From NCBI RefSeq assembly GCF_041956535.1, contig NW_027192196.1, forward strand, positions 799,823-863,822: a stretch of DNA of 64,000 nt, in the 5' to 3' direction. This DNA comes from Calcarisporiella thermophila CBS 279.70. Taxonomy: Eukaryota > Fungi > Calcarisporiellomycota. Positions 25,393 to 36,851 of this stretch are shown piece after piece; positions within the stretch are counted from its first letter, which is position 1, and every line of letters starts with the position of its first letter. The notes beneath the pieces are model-generated. The model worked only from the letters and a program-made list of their open reading frames with translations, was not told the DNA's origin and searched no databases. The position numbers and the translations under genes are program-made.

Positions 25393-26125
25393 CAGATATC
25401 AAAATCAAAGTTACAGTAGCGAAAGGCCAGCTCTCCTGGAGAATTGCAATGAAACAGAACAGCAATGAAAGAAAAGTAAGGGCAAGTAATGGGTGATTTT
25501 TGAAATGAAAAAGGCAAAGGATAAATGATAGGAGGGGCGCTAACCTATGTAGCCTTGTCTTGTATAGAGATATTCGAAATTTCGTGTTTTATAAAATATA
25601 TCCCGGAAAACCTCAAGGGTCTTGTACCACCAAATAAACACCATTCACCATTGAATAAATGAAGAATTCTTCCCAGCACTTTCTAATCAAGAACTGGAGC
25701 CGTAAATGGAACCCAGTTGCTTGGGCTCTCGACCAACTACGAAGTAGCTTTTCTCTATGAAGCAAAAACGCAGTTGCTGCAACACTCAACATCCAGAAAT
25801 GGGAGCTACACGGATTTTCAGCGACTGCTTGCTGCTCCGTTCCACGCAGGAATAAAAACAGAAAATGGCTGCCCACATAGCCAGAATTGCCATATATATT
25901 TATTAGTTCCGACGCCCCATCACCATATTAATATTACAATAATATGTCCAAAGGATTTAAGCATATACCATCATGGAGGTGGCATCATTATAGCTAGGAC
26001 TACATATGGCTTAGGAGAATGCTTTTCGATATTACAAGAGGATATTAGGTAGATTACTGTTTGATGCTAGGATTTAAGTGAAAGTGTTGAAAAAGATGCT
26101 ACCAATATAGCCAGCTCCAATTAGA

Positions 26126-28052
26126 TTAGATGTGAGGCAATGAGGAGGGACGGTGGGACATAGCTGCAGACTCCAAGTCACTAGAATTCGGATGCGTTGT
26201 ATAAATATCCGGAGGGCTTGTTACCCTGGAGGACAACTTGTTCTTTGGAGGGCTTACCAAATTCGAAACATTACCCTCATGCCAAGAGAAGGAGGCTGAC
26301 GATCGAGAAGAATTGGTGAACGTTTGAAGGGCAGACTTGCTAATACTCTCTTCATATTGCGCCGGCGTGCGAGAAGAGTCGGCAAGTTTAGAGTCAAGAA
26401 AGGCAGAAAACCAAGTCATAAGACCACTCTCGCCTCGGACTCCGTATGTATTTATAGTTGACAGGCGAAATGAAGGAATGCGAGGTGTGTGCCCAACTTG
26501 CATACGACTGTACGAGCTTTGTTGTAATCCTCTGTGAAGTGAAGCCTCGTTTTGGATATAGTCTGGAGGCATCCTTTCCATACCACTCATTGTATTAGAG
26601 ACTCCCAGTGTGTGTAAATTAGCTTGGAGAATCGAATATGGTCGCAAATTTTCTGGCTTAGGATCATCATCCCTCGGTTCGGCTCCCTGCATCCAAATAA
26701 ATCGCCTATGATCTCGGCCCTTTCTGTTATAGTAATAGCGCGCAAAAGAGAATATTCCTACTAGGACTAACGAGCCGGCGACGCTGCTCACTATGATTGC
26801 AGCGAGATTAGAAGAAGTAGTTACAGGTGATATATCAGAGGATCCACTCTTTGTTGTAGGTAAGTTTGGTTCTGGTGTCTTCGGTGGGCTTGGAGAACTG
26901 CTATTTGTAAACACAAGTGTAGGATTGAATGCATCCTCCCACTGCATTTTACCGATATTAAATATGTGTATCGAATCATCAGCGATAATAGACTGCCCAT
27001 CTTCCCCGAACGCTACAAGCATAGTGCCATTAAGATAAAGTGCGTTATGAGCAAACCGCGGGCTTGGAGCAGTAATGTTAGCTTTGACACCACCAACTCC
27101 GGAACGCCAAACCATACTAGTAGTATCGAGAATAGATAGATCCGCCGTTGCATTAGTTAAACTTGGGGAAATACTTCCGCCAAAAAGTATAATTTCATGA
27201 CGCTCAGTTATAACGGAGCTGTGTCGTGCGCGTGCCATAGGTATAGATCCGCCTGTTTTAATGGTTTGCCAGTTATTTTTCTGAATATCGTAGCTCCACA
27301 CTTGATCCAGCCCTTGTAATGTGCTATTGTTATTACGTCCTCCGATAACTAGGATTCGCCCGTCAGAGAGAACAACAGCGGTATGGTCAGCCGTTGGAGA
27401 AGGAATAGTACCTGTAGTGGTGAGATTGCGCCATCGCATATCTGCTAGTGAAAGCGCCCATAGCTCATTGGTAAACACTCCTTTGGCAATCCCCCCGACT
27501 TCAATTCCTCCAAAGAAATAAACCATATTGTCAATAGGGTTATATGTCATGGAAGAAGAGCGTCGGCGTGGGGGCGGAGTTCCCTTAGTTAGTGGCTCTG
27601 TCCATTGACCATTATGGACGTTGAATTGGTAGAGTAAGCTAGCATTAGCTGAGGAAACACCACCATATATGAGGAAGGATCCATTCGGTATAGCAACAGA
27701 AGAGTGGGCCGTGATGGGTGGCAATGGGATACTCTTGGTATTCACTTGTTGCCATGGAGCAGACTCTGCCGAGAAATTGGACGACAGGTCCAGAGAAAAA
27801 AAGTCTTTACTAATAACGCTCTGTCCTCCTTCCACTATCGAACCACCTTCAAGACCATGTCAACAAATCGTATCTCGTAAGCGCAAATATCCCAACAATA
27901 ACTTTCCACTATAAAATACAGTACTCACCAAACCACCAAGTTGCATTTTCTACAAGAACAGATGAGGCGAAGGTGCGTGGCTTCGGCTTGAACTCCTCAT
28001 TGGTGTGAGCAAAGGTTATAATAAAGAAGCAAACGAAGGAGCATATCCACAT
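26126..28052 (-). CDS. Type I membrane protein with extracellular Kelch beta-propeller
   Basis: Exon 1 encodes the signal peptide MWICSFVCFFIITFA and ...WWFG, spliced (GTGAGT donor) to the 569-aa ORF. That ORF has repeated YGG/FGG/IGG...W Kelch blades, the TM helix AAIIVSSVAGSLVLVGIFSFA and a Ser-rich cytoplasmic tail. Confidence 0.85.
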
Positions 28053-28508
28053 AAACACATGTGTCCTTGATATTAATAGCATTGCATTTAATGACTATAA
28101 TAAGCTCAACATAAAGAGGAAAAAAAAAAACAAAAAAAATAAAATGCATTTTTTTTTCATTTTCCTTTTCTGCTCTCGTTTATTGTCTATGGGTTTGCCT
28201 TCGGTCTTTATAATGCAATTTTGTTGTTGAGTGGTTTCCAGCTATTCAAGTGTAGAGGGGTGATTGTGTTACCTGTCGGTAAATTTTGTTGTTTAGTAAT
28301 TAAATGCAACGCTTAATGCGTATAGCATGACATAAAGTACTTATTTCAATACTCCACACAAGCAAGATTTACCATTTACAAGTGAAAACCACTCGTGTCA
28401 ATTATAATTTTCTAAGTATTTACCCGTCAAATTCAGTCACAACGGTGGGCGCAGCTCAACTTTTCATAATTCAAGGTGAAGGTTCCTTAGTACCCCATCA
28501 ACGTACCA

Positions 28509-28996
28509 ATGTCAGATGCCTATCAAGTTGCTGGTGGAGCTCTTAAACTTAAAGGGGGTGGTATAAACAAGTTGAGTATAGTTTAACATTAATCACTTTT
28601 TTTCATTGCTGATTGATCAATGCAACCTCATCGCTATCCAGGAAGAAAAAAAAATCAAAGAAAGAGAAAGAAAAAATCGTCGATGCACTTAGTACCGGTG
28701 AAAATTCAGAAAGAGAGCGAAGCGGGACGCCGCCGTCCGGTATTACTCTGGAGAAGACAGAAGCTGAACTGAAATTTGAGGAGATGCAGAAGAAACGAGT
28801 AAAGTTTTTTTTGTCTTTTTTTTCTGATGATTTCATAGAGATGTTAACTTAGATTCTCTTTTTTGATTGTCATTAGCTAAGAGATAAAGTTCAGAATCTC
28901 GCCAAAGTCTCTCATAAAGAAAGAGTTGCCGAGTTCAACAGAAAACTTGAAGAGCTCACAGAGCATTATGATATTCCAAAAGTTGGACCTGGCTAA
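28509..28996 (+). CDS. FAM32A/DUF1754-like small nuclear protein; 3 exons
   Basis: MSDAYQVAGGALKLKG...KKKKSKK...KTEAELKFEEMQKKR...SHKERVAEFNRKLEELTEHYDIPKVGPG*. Confidence 0.9.
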
Positions 28997-29852
28997 TTTC
29001 ATCTTTTCCTTCCTCCATCGCCATCGTTTTCATTAGTAATTTGTATAATGAACAATAAATTATATCTTCTCAATCGTTCAAATAAAATAGACAGGGGCAT
29101 AACGTGGGTTTGGAATTGCATCTGGTGTGCTGTGTCCGGTGAAGGACTAAAGGGCAATATTTATCCATTTGTTAGAATGAAATACACTCCACAACCAGGC
29201 TGTGCAAAGTTATCGCAATGGTCACATTTTTTCATTTAATCCAATATAGCGACTATGGCTCGAGTTTATTTAGCTATCTATTTTTAATAGACGGGGCCCC
29301 ATTTGTTAGAGCAGGACGATATCGAGGGCCCCGGTCCAGATACAAAAAGTCAAACTGACACGATCGGTGTTTTCGCAGTACACAAGCTCTCTCCGTGATC
29401 TCCATAGGTGAACCCGGCACTAGGATACCCGTGATCTTTCTTGTTCGAACGTTATTTTCCGGATTTTCACCACTGCCAAGAACCTCCCCAATGGTTTTAT
29501 ATTTATTTATTAGCGAGCCTCTCTATCCTGTGCTTCTCAAGCCGGATCATCGCTGGGTTAATCAAGGTGTTGCGTGCTTGTTAAAAAAAAAACCCCAAAC
29601 TAAAAGCAGACTAAAGGAAAAAGTATATCCTGTTGAAAATAATGAGATAAAGAAATGAAGCAAATTTGTTGGCCAGGTCGCGCGGTCTTCGCAATATTTA
29701 ATTGAAGTCGCACTGTCCCAGGCGATATTGCATTTGTTTGAGATTTTTTTATATTGTTTAACGTTCAATTTTCGATCTATATAAAGAGGAAATCCCAAAA
29801 CCTTTCGTAGCCCCCCACTATACACCCTTATTCTATTAGAGCCCTACTCAGT

Positions 29853-30462
29853 ATGAATCGCAAAATTCTCTTCTTCCTCTTTGCGCTCTGCGCTATGGTT
29901 CTTTTAGTCAATGCTCAAAGTAAAGAAGGAGGTAGGCTAGGCTAAATACGTTCGACGAATCTCTGACTGCTTTAAATAACACCCTTATTCTATAGCTACA
30001 GGAGGTACTGGTACCACTAAGCAAAAGAACAAGCAAAAGAAGGCACAGGCCCAAGCTCAAGGATCCAGCTCTGGATCCGTCCCAGAAGCCTCTGGCACTA
30101 GTGCTATCGGCGGGGTCGAATCGCAACCCAGCGGTAGTTCCATCCTCAGTGGTACCGAAGCTGCCACTGCGCTTCCCAGTCTATCCAGCGGTGCTGCAGG
30201 AGCCAGCACCTCCGGAAGTTTGGCCGCCTCTGCAACTGGCTTTTCATCCAGCGCCAGTGGCCTTCCGTCCGCTTCGAGTGGCTCGGCCTCTGTCCTCTCT
30301 AGCGCATCCATGACTGGCTCGGCTTATCCTTCTGCTGCCACCCACTCTTCAACAAAGGGTACTCCTTCCGCATCGGGCGCATCATCTTCTCACACTGTGA
30401 TGATGATCTTGCATACCTGTTTGGGGGTTTCGGTTGCCCTACTTTTTAATGCCATGATGTAA
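29853..30462 (+). CDS. Secreted Ser/Ala/Gly-rich, putatively GPI-anchored cell-surface protein
   Basis: TATATAAAG at about 29777, signal peptide MNRKILFFLFALCAMVLLVNA, intron at about 29920-29995, S/A/G/T-rich body and hydrophobic C-terminus. Confidence 0.8.
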
Positions 30463-31485
30463 ATTGTAGAAGTGGATTCACCACACCTTATTTGTGTTTA
30501 ATTACAACGTATATTTTAGCTTCACTTTATGATAATTCTATTACTTTTCAATATCAATAAACCGCGACTGATGCACAAAAGCATATTTCATTGTTTTTTT
30601 TTTTGCTGAGCCCTCATCACGGAGGATAGGCATCTCTAGAATAACGAGATGCCCCTTGAAAACTACTTCATTTTTTTCCTTAATTAGCACACATCAATTA
30701 CGTTTTTGCTGGCTTGACGTAACTCTTTCTTGTCGGTGTGCTATAATTAGGATGAGGTCCCCTTGAAATTCGCGGATCATTTAGCTTAAACGCATCATCA
30801 TTGTGCCACTGAACGTTTGCTAGTGGTAGTGCCGAATGATCGGTGTCCCGCTCGTCCAAACTTAGAGCGAGCTTAAATGGGGGACAAAGTACATTGTACC
30901 TCCTTGTCCGGCGACAAAACACTATCTTATCATCTCTAGGTGAAGACTGGGGAGGTGCAAGAGGATATTGAGGCCGCCACTATGAGCGAATTGGGCTTGT
31001 TTTTAGCCCCTTACAAGCACAAACGTTCCCGCAATATGCGACCGGGATGCAGATGGAATCTTCGATCCTTCTTCTTGGGCTCCCAAGCTGAAAAGCCTCA
31101 GAGAGATGTTAAAATTCCTCCATGCTCTCCCCCTTAAGTCTAATGTTCACAATCGAGGGGCGCGGCGCCGGTTATACACCAATTATCAGCGAAGGACTGC
31201 TGAAATCAAGACGCAAGTGGGGGTGGAGCTGAATCAATTTTATACAAGGCTGGAAAAATTGCCAAAATACGATCAATCACAAGCGAGCGTCCTACTGGTG
31301 TTACCACTAATACTAACTCCTACGCAAAATTCGGCCTGGGGATCGCCGGCCATGGAAAAGTTCGAAGTCGAACCTTTCCATGGCTTTTCATTATAAATAA
31401 GAGCCATCGTTCCGTGAATGATCCCATATTTTTATCCCTTCTATCATATTTTTTATTCATCTTTATCACTGTTAAGCATTACAAA

Positions 31486-31932
31486 ATGGCCAAGATCACC
31501 CGTATGATTCTCCTGATCGCCGCCCTTAGCTTCATGGTGGCAGTTCCTGCTCACGCTCAAGGAACCGAGAGCTCAGCGTCCGTCTCTTCCGCATCCGACA
31601 GAGAGGCACCCACCTCTTCCGCTGCACCAAGATCTTCATCGGCTGCTTCTGCAAGCCAGGCCGTCGGCTCTGCTGCTCCGAGTTTGAGCTCAAGCGCCGT
31701 CGCCAGCTCTTCTCCCGCTGGTGCTGCCTCCTCTTCGCCCGCTGGCGCAGCCCCCTCTGCTGTATCATCGAGTTCGGCCCAAGCGCCAGTGAAGCCTGCC
31801 TCTTCAGGAGCTGCCTCCGGTTCTAAAGCGGCCCCCGCACCTTCCTCCCCTAGCAAATCTAATGCCTCAGGTCTTCAGATCGGTGGCGCCGCTCTCGTTG
31901 CCGCCATGCTTGCTCAACTTGCTGTACTTTGA
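31486..31932 (+). CDS. Secreted Ser/Ala-rich, putatively GPI-anchored cell-surface protein
   Basis: TATAAATA at about 31392, signal peptide MAKITRMILLIAALSFMVAVPAHA, AASSSPAG repeats, and an omega-site-like SNA followed by a hydrophobic tail. Confidence 0.85.
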   Translation: MAKITRMILLIAALSFMVAVPAHAQGTESSASVSSASDREAPTSSAAPRSSSAASASQAVGSAAPSLSSSAVASSSPAGAASSSPAGAAPSAVSSSSAQAPVKPASSGAASGSKAAPAPSSPSKSNASGLQIGGAALVAAMLAQLAVL

Positions 31933-32243
31933 ACTTCCTCTGCACTCTTACATGCCAATAATGTTATTTTATCTGTTGAATCTATTTTTATCACATAGCT
32001 AAGAATAATAAAAAGCATTTGCACGCTCTTCTCTCATATGTAAATTCTTGTATCAATATTCAAACTACCTTGCCAACGTTTAGTAAATGCAGTTACAGAG
32101 TATACTAGAAATATTACTAGACAATAGATATGTACAAACAGGTGTTTCATTTACACTTTGAATAGGATATAGATCAACAAATAGTAAATGCATAATAATG
32201 CAGACCACCTGATCCTAGAGTGGAGGAGTGCTATGGGATATAT

Positions 32244-33212
32244 TTACATGGCCTCGCCCTTTTCTGCAAAGAAATCCTGCAGACTTGTATCGGTGGGAGT
32301 CTTAGGGAAGAGAGCAGAGACGCAATCCTGTAAGGAGGAAGCAGACATAGACCGCTCCATAGTCTCGGAGGAAGGCGGTGCGGACTCGAAGTGCAAATTG
32401 CTATGCTTACACTGATCGAGTGATGCATGCTGAAAAGGAAGGGGCATAGACATGGGCAGACTTAGCTCGCGCAACACACCCGAATCGTTGAATTTAGTGC
32501 TGATTGATTTTTTCCTCCAAAGGTCCAAAAGATCCTCTACTTGATAATATTCTACTAACCCGGTCTTCTCCATAATGCGCGCGCGCTCTTTTGCAGGCGA
32601 TGGACTGGATGGGCCTTGCCATACTATTTCTTCCTCCTCCCCATCCGTAAATACATCGTCGTTTTCTAATTCGATGAATTTGCGCTTTTTCGAGACAGCA
32701 TGAGTGGGAAGAGAGCTCGAGGATGAGTCCTTTGTTGAAGGGAATCCACGTGGTATATTCTGTAAGACAAACGCGTGTGAATCGTGTTTTTGTCCATAGT
32801 AAGGTAGCGTGGCGCGACGAGGGCGATGGACATGGGGAAGCAATGGAGGTGCTGTAGGAGGCTTCGATGTCTCGGGGGTTATCAATCCGTAATTTTGGCT
32901 ATTTTTCACATCCAACAATTGCTGAAGAAACGGCTTCTTAGGAGTGCGAATTTCATACAGAGTTTCGGACGAAGATTGATTAATCAACTCGGAAGGGCGA
33001 TTGGCTCCCAATTGTTGGCGAAGAGAAGTGGGTGTCCGAGGAAGCTGAGCGCAAAGTTGAGAAGGGTGCAAGTGTGAAGGGGAGGGCGTTGCAACTGGAA
33101 TCTGGCAAGGGACATCAGGAGTCGGCTCAAAAGGATTCTCTCGAGTCGAGTCGTTGTGAGTGATGCGTCTGGGTGAAGATGTTTCAATCGGTGAGCGGCA
33201 ATCCGCTGCCAT
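32244..33212 (-). CDS. Hypothetical disordered nuclear protein (about 322 aa) with CDK sites and phosphodegron
   Basis: Long ORF, probable start MAADCRSP at 33212. RTPKKP, LITPETS, RRATL and SKKRKF motifs. Confidence 0.65.
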   Translation of the reverse strand: MAADCRSPIETSSPRRITHNDSTRENPFEPTPDVPCQIPVATPSPSHLHPSQLCAQLPRTPTSLRQQLGANRPSELINQSSSETLYEIRTPKKPFLQQLLDVKNSQNYGLITPETSKPPTAPPLLPHVHRPRRATLPYYGQKHDSHAFVLQNIPRGFPSTKDSSSSSLPTHAVSKKRKFIELENDDVFTDGEEEEIVWQGPSSPSPAKERARIMEKTGLVEYYQVEDLLDLWRKKSISTKFNDSGVLRELSLPMSMPLPFQHASLDQCKHSNLHFESAPPSSETMERSMSASSLQDCVSALFPKTPTDTSLQDFFAEKGEAM

Positions 33213-33373
33213 GGCTGCTATAATACTTGGCTTAGTACGTGGTGGGATGGCGAATGAAAAAGAGAGCTGTGGAAAAATAAAAAGGTTTGTGCTCGAACAT
33301 TCATTATAAATACGCGGACAACCTTCGTTGGGGGCGTCCGAACACGAGAGAAAATGGCCGAATTTTACATCAT

Positions 33374-33403
33374 ACGCGTCTTCTGTATTATTTTCAAACG
33401 CGT
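33374..33403. promoter_or_regulatory. Two MCB-type boxes (ACGCGT)
   Basis: ACGCGT at 33374-33379 and 33398-33403, about 160-190 nt upstream of the minus-strand ATG at 33212. Confidence 0.45.
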
Positions 33404-33695
33404 TGATTTGTCCAGATTGGCTTATATACCAATCATCGGGGGGAGGCGTGCAAATCTTTGTGCACACGTCTCTTACCGTTACGTGATTTTGGGGAAGGAG
33501 AGGGGAACTAATGGGCGGTGCAGGTGCCCATGGCTTGGAGTGGCTTCTTTAAAGGGAAAAATTCATCGGGCTCAAGTTGAAGGCGAAACAGAGGGGACAT
33601 CGACACCCGTTAGATACTTTATTAATTAAAGACAAATGCTATCGAATCGGGCATGACGAGGCTTCCCACTCGACAAAGGAGTATGCCGGCTCGAC

Positions 33696-35094
33696 TTAGG
33701 GCAGGAGCAAGATTGCTAGAGGCATCATCCACATCAAGCCCTTCTCCCACCGAGCGGCAGCGCTTTTCTGCGACTTCTCCGCAGATTGCTGGCCTTCAAA
33801 GCCGTGCATGGGGGCGGGGCTATTGGCAGCAGTGGAGTGGGAGGCGATGTTAGAATTTGTCGTCGGCGCATTCTGGGTTGGAAGTGCAGAGGCCGTGCCA
33901 GAGGCAGGAGAGTTGCTCGCAGGCTGAGACGCAGCAGAGGAAACAGAGGCAGCGGCTGTCCCGTTTAGGGTTGGATAGGGGACGTTCTCCTGATAGGGAT
34001 GCGCGTCATTCATGCACGTGGCCACGGGAACGACGTTGTATGCCTTCTTCAGCTTGGGCAGATTGCGGATGGCGGCGTCAACGGTCCCCTGGTAGAGGTC
34101 ATGCTCAAGGCAAATGGGCCCGTATGGATATTGGTCAGCCTTGGCCGTCCACTCGGTGAAGTTCCCATCGATCCACTATCCATAGATTGCATCTTTAGAT
34201 AAGCCAGCCCGCGATATACATCATGGCAAGGGGCTCTTACCTCGGGATTGAAGCTCTTATCCTCCCCGACCATCCAATCGTTGGTGTCCAACTCCCATAG
34301 AACTATCTTGTAACCGAGCTGCTTCATGATTGCTCGCACGCGATCGTCAATATCGCCATAGGGAGGGCGGATATATTTGGGGGTCACACCGGTGCGCTCC
34401 TTGATAATCATTTCTGTCCATTTCACCTCGGCAACTAGAACGTGCGACAAAAGTGAGGATTAGAGGCCTGAATTCGGATATGGTCGCCGATGCTGGTTAT
34501 TAACTTACCGATCTGCTCGTTGGTAAGTGAGGTGAGATAGGGATGGGACCAAGTGTGCGAAGCAATCTGGTGCCCTGCTTGATACGCGCGTTTAAGATAA
34601 TCTCCGTGGTCAAGTGCCCGCGATCCGATGATGAAGAACGTGGCCTTTTGGTTGATCGAGTCTAAATAATCGTAGAGCTTTGGGGAGAAATCGGTGGGCC
34701 CATCGTCGTAAGTAAGGCCCCATACGTCCTTCTCAGGACACGAGCTTAGGTCTGTTTCATTGCGCATGCAAGTCGTACATGTCCACGCACAGAACGGATC
34801 TTGTCCATCTTTACACTTCGGCCCACCAGGCGATTTGGGCGAAATCGGCGCGTTGGGCACTTTGGACCAGTCAACGAGATCGACCCATTCTTTGACAACG
34901 GGCGGCACTTGATCGACTGGCGGGTAATGCTGGGAGAGGCCCTGGTTTGGATCATTAGCTGGAGGAGAGGCTGGAGCATCCTGCTTCTTCGCAGCCTTCT
35001 CCTTGCTAGCTTTATGGTTGGTCCCATCGGCAAACGCTTGAGCCGATGCGAGTAAGAGCAAGGGAAGAACGGGGAGAATTCTATTGAAATACAT
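33696..35094 (-). CDS. Chitin deacetylase (CE4/NodB) paralogue 2, secreted, probably GPI-anchored; 3 exons
   Basis: Signal peptide; TYDDGP, HQIASHTWSH, RPPYGDID, DTNDW and CLEHD motifs; Ser/Ala/Thr stalk and hydrophobic C-terminus. Confidence 0.92.
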
Positions 35095-36177
35095 TAGTAT
35101 TTCTAAATAACTTGGTTGGAAAAAAAGGAGCGGGATATGAGGATGCGGAAGAGAAGGAGTGGTTGTTGGGTATAACAGGATTTCAAGTAAATAAATAGGA
35201 GGAGTTAGAGTGGAAAAGAAACGTCTAAAAATATATAGCCCTTAAAAAATAAGACTAATATGTTTCTGAATCCTACACAGTGTAAACTCTTGGCAAGTTA
35301 GACATGTTTGTATTAGGCAGGGCTTGGCGGTTCAAGGATTTTTAAAAATAAAGCCTGAAAAACGTTTATGCTTGTAAAGGTTTATCCAGTAAGACTTGAA
35401 ATTCAAGCAGCTATTATGTTAGGTAAGGAAAAAGGGAAAAAAAAAATTAGTAGTCTAAAAATTCGAATGGAGATATAAATTTTCCTAAAAATCTTAAAAA
35501 AAATTATTTCACTTGAAAGAATTTACCGAAATAATCTTATAATGTCAAAAAAGGAGTTTTCAAGCTGATTAGAATAAGCCAGAGTCTCCTCGTTGCCTCT
35601 AAAAAAATGCTAAGATGATTTTTAGGAATCCACCGATGCCGTTTAGCCGTCTTCCCCATCCCGGCTCCAGTAATAGACAAATGGGATAAATAGGATATTG
35701 AAACGCCAAGGGCTTTTTCGCTTTGGGGGTGCAGTTGTTTAGTCACAAACTCTCACTATTGCAGCTCTGAGGCGGATTATAGGCCCATACGTAGAAGGTG
35801 ACGAATCTGCTAAGGATCATAGATTTAATAGCAGCATGAAACTAAAGCTACATTGCGCGGTTGCAAAACTGTGCCGCCTTGTCAGTGTATAGGCCTGAAG
35901 GCTGGTCAATTCACAACTTAACCTCGATCCCATCACCCGGTGAGATATTGCTATTGCGATATTGTCCAGTGATTTTGGACGCTCCATTTTACTTGTCCCA
36001 TTTGTCACTTGACCATTTATGGGAGCTAAGTCACCCACTTGGTTTTATTGTAGAAGTTTCCTTCCTACCTACATTGAATGTCATTTTGCATTGTCATATC
36101 CACAACATCCCTGAATCAGCATCTTATCTAGATTGAATCGATTCAAAACTTTACTGATTCCATCTCTATTTCCCATC

Positions 36178-36597
36178 ATGTCTAATCCATCCAATTCCAA
36201 TACCCCCAGCACAACGTCCCAGTCAACATCTTCATATTCGGCCTCTGATTTTTGGCGTCCAGGACCAGCCTTTGGCATGTTCATTAATCCAGACACTGGA
36301 AGGCCTGAATGTGGCGCTGTTCCCGAATCCTTATTCCACCAGAACGAGCCCCCTATTCCAATTCAACAAGATCATACTCTCCAGTCGCAAACCATACAAC
36401 CACAAACTGCTCAGCAGCAGCCAGAACGGCTTGGCCCTGAAGAAAAGGATAAAAGAAATCTCAATTTTAAAGAGGTTCTTTCGGGGTGTACGAAGGGTCC
36501 TCAATTTGTCATGTCAAGAAATCCTGAAACGGGCGCTATAGAATGCGGAATTCCTGCTAGGAAGAAGCTCGGCGAGTCGAAGAAAGACAATAAATAG
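36178..36597 (+). CDS. Small hypothetical protein (139 aa) with duplicated NP[DE]TGxxECG motif
   Basis: ATG at 36178. The internal repeat GPAFGMFINPDTGRPECG / GPQFVMSRNPETGAIECG is conserved at the protein level, which supports coding status. Confidence 0.7.
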   Translation: MSNPSNSNTPSTTSQSTSSYSASDFWRPGPAFGMFINPDTGRPECGAVPESLFHQNEPPIPIQQDHTLQSQTIQPQTAQQQPERLGPEEKDKRNLNFKEVLSGCTKGPQFVMSRNPETGAIECGIPARKKLGESKKDNK

Positions 36598-36851
36598 GTG
36601 GCTCCAAGTCAATACTACCGACGCCATGTATTTTTGGAACATTTCTCTTTCTATTCCCTTGCATGCATTATATATGTACCATATTTTTATCTGACCCACC
36701 ATCAAGCTTTTTCTATAAAGTGTGGTTTTCAAAAGCAAACTAGACAAGTGGCTCTATTCTAAATAAATGGATAGGCATGGAATTGAAGACTATACACACA
36801 GATTTGGGGAGATATAATTAAACTGATATTAAAGAGGGCAAGGGTAAAAGA

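Noticed and set aside
28195-28260. TCAAGTGTAG resembling the U2 snRNA branch-pairing region
   Set aside because: The following bases (AGGGG instead of TATCTG) and the upstream stem I do not match U2, and no Sm site is in register.
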